From: Nageia nagi
Taxonomy: Eukaryota; Plantae; Pinophyta
Length of the DNA stretch: 64,000 nt
Assembly (NCBI GenBank): GCA_050084985.1
Contig: JBITNC010000001.1
Span: forward strand, 121,272,001 to 121,336,000
Direction: 5' to 3'
The notes under the pieces were generated by a model. That model saw only the letters and a program-made list of their open reading frames with translations, searched no databases and was not told where the DNA came from. The stretch's first letter is position 1. Each line of letters opens with the position of its first letter. Below, piece after piece: positions 37,282-49,428 of this stretch. The translations under genes were made by a program, and so were the position numbers.

Positions 37282-40200
37282 AGAAGAAAGCCACTAGGGC
37301 TAAAATGCCTTTAATACACATATCCTAATATGGATAATACAATATAGTGACACCTAATCTAGTGGTTCAATCAAATCTAATCTTTAAGCTAACCCCTCTT
37401 TAGGCTCGTATATGCAAACCTTGAAGAGATCCTCAATTCCATCTCTACTTGGCTATGTAAAAAGGGAAATCAGCTTGGTCATGGCATTAAGTCCAACTCA
37501 ATTGAAAGATACCTAATGGGTGGAAGTGAAGTTTGACATCATCAAGTTATTTTTATGTGTGTGAAAAAGTGCTTAAATTACTTTTTATTTTTATTTATTT
37601 AATAAACTAAACTATGAAATGATAGATGTCAAATAAGATCCTAATCTTACTAATACACAAATAAGTCTATGCTAGCATGAAAATGCAACCTAGAGAGTAA
37701 GATGAAGAAAAAAATAGCTAAATGATGATTTCACTACCTAAGCATGAAATGAAAAAATAAGCAATAAAAATAAATGAACAAGTCTTTTTATTTCTAATTT
37801 TGGATTATGTAATTGACAAAATATAAGTTAAGGAAATCCAACCAAGGATCCTAAGCTTTATGTTGTAAGCCAAAAATTTGTTGGAAGAATATTTCTAGTG
37901 AGAACTGATATTAGGGAAATTCCTACAATTTGTATCCTTGAGTTGCAATGAAGTAAGATGTATTTCGAATAAGGAAAATGCCTTTAGTTTATATCCTTGA
38001 TTAAGCTACCAAGTCAATATGTAAACATCATTGAAAGAGCATGAGTTTATGTGTAGCATATATTTGTGTTTGTAGCATAAGGGATATATGGAATTGTTCT
38101 TGAATCATGGTATGAAATTTTTTAAGTAAAGTATTCTAGTTTTATATACTGGAACACAAAAAAAAATTATGTTTTCCTTTTAATGATCATTACATTATTA
38201 AAACCAAACAAATACCAATATAAGAAGTAAATTGAAAGCTTATCACCTTAACTTTTGCATGGTGTGGGGTAGGATCCCACTAAGAATGCTAAGATGTAAG
38301 ACACAAAAAATCTACCAAATAGTAATGATCTTTTTATTCCCTTCTAAAATGCACTTAGTTATAAAGGTTTCCAATAAAGGAAACTTATAATATGGAAATG
38401 ATTCTATCTAATTGAATACAATTAGAATGATATATCTTAGGACTCCCAAAATATCATAAAGAAAATGGGTTTAATGATCACTTAGAACTTGCAAAATCCT
38501 ACACTTGTAACTTGAACACAATAAATATCAAATTCCCTAAAATTGGATCAATTAGAGTGAGATCCAACCTAAGCATACATATGAAGAAATGAAAAATTTA
38601 CTATGCATAATCAACCTACAAAAAGGTTGAAACATGAAATATAGGTTAACATTATGGTTGTTGTTCAATTGAGAAAAGATGAAGATCAAGAAATAAAACC
38701 AAATAAAACTATTTATATGGTTTCCAAAGGCCTAGAAATCATCTATTCAATTTTTTTTTAGTTAAGCTTCTACAAGTTTTGATCTGATGAATATCTTCGA
38801 TATGGTTTTAGGGTTCTTTTATTCAGTTTTGGATCTCCAACTGCTATGAACTTACAAACTATTAATACATACAAAAAACATACAAACATGCATATAAAGG
38901 ATAAATAATGCATGTTAGATGCTAACAATAGAAAGAAAATAAAATCTCAAAGCTTTTATAAATGTTAGAAACCTCAACAACAATTTGTTTCATAATTTAG
39001 GAACCTAAATGTGAAGCTCTTACCTCTTATTTATAGATTTTTGCATTATTAAGATTAGTTAACTAAACTCAATTAAGCTTAATTAATTATGCTTAAGGGT
39101 GAATCAAATCTTAAAAATATGTTGTTGGCTAATGAATCCTGATTAATTTATCCTTTAGTGGAGCCTTAATCAATGTTTATAAGGGGGAGAATAAAAAGAT
39201 TAGATTTATCCCATAAAGTGAAATTAAATCTCTAAAAAATTTGCTTTGTGTATGTAAGCAAGGTTAATTAGTATGTAGGTATGTTAAGAATGTATTCTAC
39301 ATACTTAACACCAATTAATATATGTAAGCAATGATTAAGGACTGAATCACCAACCTAGGCTAGATACCAATAAAGCTAATGAATTAAATAATTACAAGAA
39401 AATGACTATTAGCTAAAAATAGCTAAACTAAGCATAATGAAATTTAATGAAAATTCAATGTAATTAAGACAAAATATGTATTTTTTGGGTGTCTGCAATA
39501 ATTAATTATATGAGAAAAATATTTTTATCAAACTTCATACAAGATCAATATATTATATTTATATAAATTATGTAGTAATTTGCAATACAATATATTGATT
39601 ATGGTATACATGCATATTTATATAATAAATACTTTATTGAAAACAACTAAGAAAATTGAGGTTTTATGATAATTTGTTTACAATGATGAATAACCACTAT
39701 AATATGTGGAATAGATGGTGGTTTTTAAGGGTGGATAAAAATTGCCCCCATATAACTTAATAGAGGATGGTTTTAAAGGGTGGATTACAAACACCCTAAT
39801 ATAAAAGTAATATGATGTTTTGTAATCATCATAGCTCTTAAATCAACAAAATAAATAAAAAATTGCATGACAAATATGTATGTCAAAAAAATCAATTTAC
39901 CACACAAGTTTGCAAGAAAATTGAGCAATAAGATAAAATGAGGTCAACACTATGAGAAAAAGAGACGAAGAGGGTGACAATGAGATGGTTTGGAAATCAC
40001 ATTATCTCAAGGTACTATGCAAGCATATTCACATTACAATGATTAGGATTTATTGGCATGCTATTTATATTTATAATCAAGATTGGGTATTTTTATTTAT
40101 TATGGGTCTTATTTCATTCAATGTGGATATTTTTCATTCAGTTTGGTTATAATAATTTCAACATTGAGATAGTCTTCCCTTAGGTCATAATTTTGAGCAA

Positions 40201-40649
40201 TTTTAAATAATGAAATATGATGGTTTCAATTGAAAAAGTCTTGGATTGCTATAATTATAGGTGATGATATCAAGGAATAAAACTACTAAGGGGTATTAAG
40301 AATTAATTTGATTTTTTTCCTAAATTGGTAAGTATTTAAAGAGGGTTGTTATTTATTATATATGGATTTACCATGAGGGGTTTGATTAATTAAAAGAGAA
40401 GGTGATAAATTTTAAAAATAGGGGATTTTCAAATAAGTCCATGAACACATGTGTTTTAAAGGTGTTCTGCTAAGTGACCCCCCCATGAGAAGCATAAGGC
40501 CAATGACTCCATCACCCTACAAACTGGTCAAGGTACTAAGCAACAAAATATTTATTTTTTGTTAAAATAGCTTGATGGATTCCTTTGCTTCAATCATTCC
40601 TTGCATACCTTGCAATCAATAGTCCTTGAATTTATTTATTTTTAATGCA

Positions 40650-40950
40650 TATTTTTAAACAAAACCCTTATCATCTTACTAATCCTACATTTTCATACAT
40701 ATATATAAGGGTTGTTATCACAATTTCATGCAAAATAAACCCACATCTAGTTATATTTCCATACCCCATTTTTTTCAAATAAAACCTTTATCATCTTAAT
40801 GCTCCCACATTTTGCATACATGTATATAGGGGTTTTTATCATAATTTCATGTGAAATAAATCCCTTTTTAGTTATTTATTCATGCCCTATTTTATTTAAA
40901 TAACACCCTTGAAATCTTAATGCTCCCACATTTTGCATACATGTCTATTA
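40650..40950. repeat. ~120-bp tandem repeat, about 2.5 copies
   Basis: AAACCCTTATCATCTTA..CCCACATTTTGCATACATGT recurs at ~40662, ~40782 and ~40903. Confidence 0.8.
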
Positions 40951-41817
40951 GGATTTTTATGCTAGATCCTTGCTTGCCTACAATACAACTATTCGGTCAT
41001 GGTATTCTAAGACTTTGCTAAACTAAAACATTTGTTATAAAAAGATTTATTCCATTTCCACAACAAATATCCCTTATTCAACCACTAGTAATCACCACAT
41101 GAATATCATATATCCTTGAAGTGGTGAAAATCATTGGCATCCCTTACAACAATTTATTGTGCTACAATTTTGGACATTTTTTTTTGAGTGGTACTTACCA
41201 CAAAACATGAAGGTTCTTCATAAATTGAATGTTTGTATCATAGGATGTGCTTAATAGCCCAAAAGTAATTGCTAGGTTTCTCACTATAGTGGTGAAAAAT
41301 ATGTTCCTTCTCTTCCTACTTTACATCTCTAAGAAAAAATCTCTTCATACAAGGTATGGTAGAAAAATGATGATAAAGGTAAGAGCAAAGTATTATTAAG
41401 AGTTTCTCTACTCTCTTCATACCAAAGTACTAGATTACTTGTAAGCCCTTATCTAGAATTTATTGTTCATCAAGTATTTTTTATTTCTTTTGAGTATTTC
41501 TCCTTTCATCTTTGTGATTCTTTCATCTCCTTTTCTAACTCTTCACTCTAAAATTGTATAGGATTCTAGAAAAATAGTTCAATACCATTAATATGTAGTA
41601 TTAAAAGAAAAGGTTTTCATAAATACCCTATCAATATACATAGATAGTTACATTCACTTAACAATATAATACCAACAATCAATGATATTTTCTATTTGTA
41701 CAAATATCTAATAACAACACTTTTAGAAAAAATAAAATGAAACATGGTTTAATTTTTACCTAAAAGTACGCACTATATCATTTGTGCAAGACTTTTTAGA
41801 TCTTCCATTATGTTGCA

Positions 41818-42548
41818 TAACCAATAATCTCCATAAGAACATTCTCCATGTTTGAAAATATGGAATCAATTTGCATCCCTCACAATAATTACCCTTGCAA
41901 CAATCTTGGATATGAATTTGGTTACAGTATAGAAATCATCACATACTCAAAGTTCCTTTATAATTCTAATGACAATTTCAAGGGTAGTCTTTAACAACCC
42001 AAACGTAATTGCCAACTTTTCTCTATGTTAGCAAAGAAGTAGTTCTTTATTGTTAGTCTTCACATCTCACAACATAGGTACTGTATGTGTAATATAATTC
42101 ATTTTCCTCATTTCATTTGATAATTTATCCAATATTTCATATATATATTGTGTTTGTGGGTGTGATATACCTCCTACAAGAAAATCATGTACCCTTTTTT
42201 AAACTTCAATCCTACCACATCTAGGTGTCTTCTTGATTCCTATGTTTTCCATCAATGTCATTACTCTTTGAACATCTTCCCAACTTCCCAATTCAACATA
42301 AATATTTGGAAGAAGAAAAAATGATGAAGCATTTTTAGGATTCAATAAAAAAAAAGGATTATTGCAACAAATTCCCTTATTCCTACATTCTTATGTGATC
42401 TAGAAGCATAAATTAGACATATCCACATATTCGACTAAGGTTTTATGGGAATATTGATAATGAATTTCAAAGCTTGCTCAAGATAGCTTGCATGGCCAAG
42501 AAGGTAAAAAATGCATGTATAATTATTCATACTAAAAATAATGTAATA
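41818..42548 (-). pseudogene. PPR E/E+/DYW C-terminal pseudogene (RNA-editing factor type)
   Basis: YTCIFYLLGHASYLEQALKFI..PIKP, LLPNIYVELGSWEDV, GIKKTPRCGRIEV..VHDFLVG..SHPQ, HREKLAITFGLL, IRIIKEL*VCDDF, IIVRDAN*FHIFKHGECSYGDYW. Multiple stops; the N-terminal part is missing. Confidence 0.95.
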
Positions 42549-43343
42549 AAAATAAACCATTCTACTTGTTGAGTATGGAGAATTCATACTTCTCACACTT
42601 TATTTCTAATCGATATGCATAGGGTCAATATTATAGGAATGACATATTGATTGGGAAACCTATAGGCTAATCAGTGAAGGGCATATTTTTTACATTAAAA
42701 TATTAGTTGATGTATTAGAGGCTTATCATGGGATCAAGATTAGTTTGATGTAGGCTGATAAAAAACTAGAAAGCATTAAACTCCATTTTGGGTAGTCAAA
42801 ATCACACCTCTTCAAGTATTAATTTCATATATGGGAGTTACAGTCTACTTGGGAGGTTATCCCATGGATTCCTTGACTAGATTCTAGGGTCAAATTGGGA
42901 TGGTAGGTATCCTATAAATTAATGAGCCTAGATTGAGGATGTTATATAGTTTTGTGAGCTTGGAATTTCTCTTAATTTATGATTATTGGAGGAGGATATT
43001 TTATAGTGCAACAGAATAATTAATCTTCAATTATAGACAAATTAATAATTTCAATGATACATTAATAACAAATAAATAATAAGGTAATTTTAAAAATTAA
43101 AGTATCATAAGATAATCAAACCTTATAGTACAAGATATAATATGATTCAACCTATGGGCTACATACACATATAAAGTTATCACTCCACCTATTTTATTGT
43201 CTTGAACTCTAAGTATAATATACAATCTCCAAGTTAACTTAAACTTACATTTAGGCTCAAACATTTCTTCATGTACGATATTGCAAAAAAATTCATTAAC
43301 CTCCAATATCTCATATTTTCAACTATATAATTGAAGATATAGT

Positions 43344-46050
43344 TGTTAGAGAACTCATAGTGAGGTGGAGTGCATGAGATAAGTGTCTCTTCCACTTCGA
43401 CTCTCTATTGCACTAAAAGATAAATTTATTCTAATAGAATGTTGCCACATTAGCCACTAGTTCCACTTTAACTCAAGATGCCTTCAATTATGCCACCACA
43501 CTCAAGTTCAATGCCAAGCCACTTTTGACCATAAGGTTATTTGATTTTAGCTAATAAATAATATTTATCTTATCTCCATAAATAAATATTAACTAAAGCT
43601 ATATATTTAGCATAGTTTATATAATAAATATGTCATATTTATTTATTATATACTATAGGTTATAGTATATTATTATAGTATTAATTATATTATAAATAAT
43701 TAATACTATAATAATTAATAATTAACTATATTAATTACCTAAAATATTCACCTAATCAATTAGGTGAAATTATATACAATAATCCCAAAATGGGATTATA
43801 ATTTCCAATAGTTCCCCTTAATCTTATTTTGGGGTTATGGTTTACAAAGTTACAAACAATATGGTTTTTATGAACCCATACAAAAAAAGAGTGAGAGATA
43901 CCTTTAGCATAACTTCAACTCACTTTGATTACCTAAGAACCAAGGCACAAGGAGTGAGAAAAATTTGGCAAAACTCTTAACCATATTTGGCATGAACACT
44001 TGAAGTGTGTGGAAATATAAATATTTCATCCAAAAAAAAGTGGATCTACAAAACAACAACATGACATAAACTTAGTAATAAACAAATAAGCATGAAATAT
44101 AAAATGGAAACTAATAAATATCCATCAACATGGAACTAAAGTGGCATAATCATCCATAAATATAGATTTAAATTTGGCATTCAAATATTATCCATCAACA
44201 TGGAAATAACAAGCAACATACATCAATAAAGATTTATCAACATGAATCATATACATCAACATGGAATAAATAATAAAGATCCATTGACATGAATCAAATC
44301 CATCAACATGGAATAAATAATAAAAATCCATCAATATGAATCACATCCATCAACATGGAATAAATAAATATCCATCAACATGAATCACATCCATCAACAT
44401 GGAATATCATATATGTTGTGTACAAATAAAAATTCATGTATGTTAATTATATTGTATTATGTGTTGTAGTCACATAATATAGGTATTTAACATCATGTAT
44501 GCATAAATTTAAAAGATCAACATCTTTCACACATAACATATTTTTGATAAAATAAACATTTTATCAATTTGAAAGATCAACATCTTTCACACAAAACATA
44601 TTTAAATAAATTCATCATTTTATAAATTGGAAAGATCAACATCTTTCTGATAATATATTGAAATAAAGACAACATTTTTCACAATTCAATTTATTTCAAG
44701 TTTTATACATCTTCATTTAGAATGAATTATCATGACATACAATATTTCTCCCTCTTTATGGTAATTATATATTATATTTTTTAATGAATGATCTAAAATC
44801 ATATAAGTTACCCATATAACTTACCAATATACTACCTTTTCAAAGAAGATTAGTATATACCAAATGATTAAAGTTTTCCATTCAATAATCATTAACAAAA
44901 ATTTCCTTATAAGTTACCAATATACCACTTTTTCCAAGAAGATTAGTATATACCAAATGGTTAAAGCATGGGTTGAAGTTGCCCATTCAATAATCATTAA
45001 TAAAAATACCCCATACATGGAAAGAAATAAATAACTTAAATTGTAAGTATTGTATATCCTAAGCCCAAATAAGATGAAACAAAAATAGAAACTTAAAGAA
45101 ATTCCCACTAAACAAGATTTATTAGAAAAAATTATTGATTACTACCCCTTTAGGAAAAATTCTCTTACACCTTGTTTATTTTTTCATGTAATGGAAAATT
45201 TACTTATCACTTTCATAATCACTATTAGAATTATCGCTATCTTTTATGTTTTTTGAAGCATTCTTCTTCTTATAGCAATCTTTTTGTTTATGTCCAAAAA
45301 TATCATAGAAGTTACAATTCCCATTGAATTTTGGATTTTTAGTTTTAGATTTTGGACTAAATTTTTATTTTGAAGAACAAGAGGAAGCATTTTTCTTATC
45401 ATTGTTTTGCTTTTGTTTCATGTTATTGTTTTCAACATTCAAAGCAATATAAGTTTATTCTTGAGTTTGTTCTTGTTTCACAATTGATCCTACTTGCATC
45501 TTGAGAGTCTCTTCATTTTGAACTAATAAGTTCAAAAAATATCCTAATAGATGAAAGTTCTCCTCTTGATCAAATATTATGTTTAACACATTAATAAAAT
45601 CTCAAAATTTTTTATTAAAATTTCTAAGAATAATAAAATAAAGTATTTTTTCATTTACCCATTCACAACCACATGAAAGTAGTTGTGTTCTTATTTCCCT
45701 CATTTTTGTTAAATAAATTATTAAATTTTCATATAGCATCATTTTAGTGTTGAAAAACATAGAGAGTAATAAAAATTTTCTACCCATGTTTATTCCAAAG
45801 AACATGACTTTAAGTTCATCCCAAGTGTCATGAACAAAAATAAAGTTTGAAACATGAATCAATATATCATCACTAATAGCTTTAAATATAATTGAAAGTG
45901 CTTGTTGATTTTTATGATTCCAAACATCTAATGCTATACCATTATTAGGTTGGATTTCTTCTTTACTTACCACCTTCTGTAGATTCCTAGCTTGATACTC
46001 TACATGCATCCTAGGCTCCCAAATTCATTAGTTAGTCCCTTTATGAATAT
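43344..46050 (-). mobile_element. Decayed copia element retaining gag but no recognisable INT/RT/RH
   Basis: Copia gag (WNHKNQQALSIIFKAISDDILIHV..TWDELK; ORF 45602-46009), knuckle CNFYDIFGHKQKDC (~45275-45318), PPT TAAGGGGAAC (~43811-43820), probable 3' LTR 43344-43810. The 5' LTR was not identified. Confidence 0.7.
44120..44680. repeat. Minisatellite arrays inside the copia remnant
   Basis: About nine TCCATCAACATG(G/A)A motifs in ~45-bp dimeric units (44120-44405), then three AAAGATCAACATCTTTC units ~60 bp apart (44512-44650). Confidence 0.85.
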
Positions 46051-47399
46051 GCTTAAGGACAAAGCTAACTATATAATTAAAACCTATTAGCTATAATAAG
46101 AAAATAGTTAGTCTATTTAAAAAATATATAATATATTTGAGAAAATAAATTGCTTGTAATAAACTTAAAAGTCACATTTATTCTTAAAAAGCAAAACCTT
46201 TTTTTAAATTAATTAACATATGTAGTTACCTAAAAAATTAAAAGACTAAACTTAGAGTATTACTACTCTTCCTTTTTCTTTTCAAAAAAAATTTCATTTT
46301 AAATAAAAAATTACATTATGTAAAATGTATTGACTATATAAAAAATATTACATAGTTTTTAAAAAATTAGAACTAAAAATGTTTAGGATTTTACCTATAA
46401 ACCATTAACAAAGTTGAACTTTCCTATTTTTGTGAAAAAAAAAATCTTAATAGCAATACCAACAATACCTCAATAAAAATATAAAAAATATCCCTATTCA
46501 TAGGCTTTCAACTTTTGATTTATAATTTCCTTTTATATATATATATATAATAACATTAAACAATTTTTTTTTTAAAATATTTAAAAAATAGGAGGTGACA
46601 TAAATAAGAGGGCATCAATTTTTCAAATGACACATAAGGAGACCAAAGGTTATGTGGATCTAAGAGGTAACAAAGACCACCAATGAAGGTAAATACCATA
46701 GTTTGTGAGTATGGGAGAAGAAATCTATGCATATGGCTTGGAAGGTCAGGTATCAATGAAAAAGAGCCCATGATAAGAGATAATGATAGCACATTCTGAT
46801 GGAAAGATCCCATAATAAGGTATTGCAAGTTTTGATATAAGATCTCAATGGAATTAGACACTAGTTAAGAGAGTTCACATCTAGTGAAAAAGTTGATTTG
46901 GCTATCATAAGGGGTGGCTTAAAGGCTCACATCTAGCATAGAGATGACTTGGATAGGTTATGTCCAACACAAGGCATCTTAGATGAATCACATACTACAC
47001 ATTAGAGATAAATATCTATCACAAAGAGGTATTGGAGGGCTTTTGTACAACACATGTAGACCATGGAGGCTCATTAAGAGGAGCAACCTTGAAAGCAAAG
47101 TAGAGGAGTGACCATACAAGCTCCTTAGGGTTTTAGTGAAACTAGATAGCTATGTAAATGGCCTCTAAAAATTTTCAATTTTTTAAATTATTCAATATTA
47201 AATTAAAAGAAATTTAACATAAATAATATTATATTTTAATAAATACTAAATTTTTATAATATAACAATATATTTAAATGTAAAACTTTAGATATATTTTA
47301 AATATAAATATTTAAAAATAATAACTTTTGTAAACATAAATGGAGAGCAAGGGGAGTTGGTGATCAAGGTTCAAGTGGTGTTCAAAATGGTACAAGGGT

Positions 47400-48069
47400 G
47401 TCCGATGGAGAAGCAACAAAAGGAGGATGTTTGGAGATCAGGAAAGACCCTAATAAGGAAAAGGATGGGCCTTTGGATGAGATAATATGGGAGGATCCAA
47501 AACTCAACTAAAACCATCAAATACGGATGGCCTAGAAAAGCCAAAAGAGCTAAATAAATGATCATATGCACAATTTGCATGAGGTTATATCCTTCAACCT
47601 CTAGAAATAGCCTACCACCTTTAAGCCAAGGAGGGTAAGATGGTGTTCCCATCAGATATTATTAAAATGAAAACTATTGAAGGGAACTCAATATTGTGGG
47701 TAAATTCCTAGGGCCTCACCCAAACATTGATACAGTTCCAGAACAGGCTTTTCAAATATGGAAAATTGTAGGAAGGTTTGACTTGGTAGCTATCACACAC
47801 AACTTCTTTATGATAATTTTAGTTTAGAGGAGGATTTGAAAAAAGTGATGTGTGGAGGACCATGGATGTTTGGATAGATAGAGATGTTATTATGTAGATG
47901 GGATACTAATTTTAATCCAAAAACTCAAAATATCATCTTTGCTATAGTATGGGCAAGATTAATAGGACTTGCCTTTCAATTTTGGCACAATCAAGTCCTG
48001 ATTGGTATCAAGAACTAGTTAGGTGACCTAATCACTATTGATAGAGCAACTTGAGCTAAGACTTATATA

Positions 48070-48150
<81 letters not shown>

Positions 48151-49428
48151 TATATTGCAACAAAGTTACTCGATTCTATCATGCAAGTATCTAAATTAGG
48201 ATAATGGGTTAAACCTTTAGAATATGAAAACCCCCTACCATAATATGAGTTATGTAAGAAAAAAGGACATATTTATTCTTGGTGCCCTTTTGAGAAATAA
48301 GTTAAATAAAAAATGTAGGTGTAAAAGAAGAAAGAAGTGGCTCCTATGATCCTAGCATAAGTTACTAAGGTTGAGGAACCCTCAGAGAGGTTGTAAAAGA
48401 GGCCTCATAAGGAAAATATCCTCAAGATGGATATAGAAATGCAACATATATTGAAATGATATCTACGTGTAATGCCTTTGCAGGACTAGATATTGAAGAA
48501 CCTACATTAGGGGAGACAACATAAGAAATACCTAGTGAATTAATATAGTTGAAGGTGATCATCGAATAGAAGGATAAAAATGTTGACATTAATAAGGAGG
48601 AATATATTTTGGATATTTAGGATAAACCAAAATAACTCATAGAAAATGAATCTAAAGAAGAAGATCTAATTATTTATCAAAGTATTGAGGTTCCTAAAAT
48701 CATGGCCTAGAAGCATAGCAATCAGTTGGATAGGTTTCCCATGACTTACAAAGAGGGAATGGAGATTTTAGAATTGGCTAACCAAATGATAGGTATGATT
48801 CCTTCTCTAACTCTAGTGTGAAACTTTTTGGCTAAGGAGGAAGTTTCAAATTCCTTGGAAGAAAATGTGATGACAACACTTAAAAGAACTTGTAATAAGA
48901 AGAAAAAGGGGAAAGTGATGTTGGCGAGGAGCACTCAAGAAAACCTTCTAGAGGAGTGGTTAGATATAGAGAAACAAAAGTTGATATTGTTAAAGGAACC
49001 CAAATGGTTTTGGAAGGAGGTGGAGGGAAAAAATTTCTCAAGCTTAAAATATGAATATTATTTCCTAGAATGTTAAGGGTATTAATGCCCTCATAAGGCA
49101 TAAAAGCATGTTATCTCTAAAGAAAGATATCATACCTGATGTTGTAATGCTCAAGAAACTAAGATAATTAAAGGTAATGGGAATTGGGTAAAAAGTATCA
49201 TATGGAGAGAAGCAAATAGTACAGTCTATCCAACCATTAGGAAATTCAAAGGTATGTTATTTCTATAGTATAGGAATAAATTATAAGGTAGAGTTATTAT
49301 GACTAATTCATTTTTTTGTACAATTTTCTTCACTTTTGTAGTTAATAAAGAGAAATGGATCCTTACCAATATCTATGCTCTAATAACTTATTTGGGTAGA
49401 AAAACTTTATGGAATTCTATAAAACATA
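47400..49428 (+). mobile_element. L1-clade LINE 5' fragment (ORF1 and start of ORF2 endonuclease), decayed
   Basis: ORF1 DUF4283-type KFLGPHPNID, EEDLKKVMCGGPWMFG, VWARLIGLAFQFW and knuckle CKKKGHIYSWC; ORF2 MNIIS*NVKGIN..PDVVML (~49050) and WILTNIYA. Confidence 0.85.
48064..48155. repeat. (TA)n microsatellite inside LINE ORF1
   Basis: About 45 TA units with two interruptions. Confidence 0.98.

Noticed and set aside
37300-39500. Possible minus-strand LTR and leader
   Set aside because: A TATA-like context is present (~39030), but no termini, PBS, partner or TSD could be fixed.
44120-44405. Short repeats with variable spacers resembling a CRISPR array
   Set aside because: The spacers are themselves repeated, there are no cas genes, and the context is a eukaryotic retrotransposon; this is a minisatellite.
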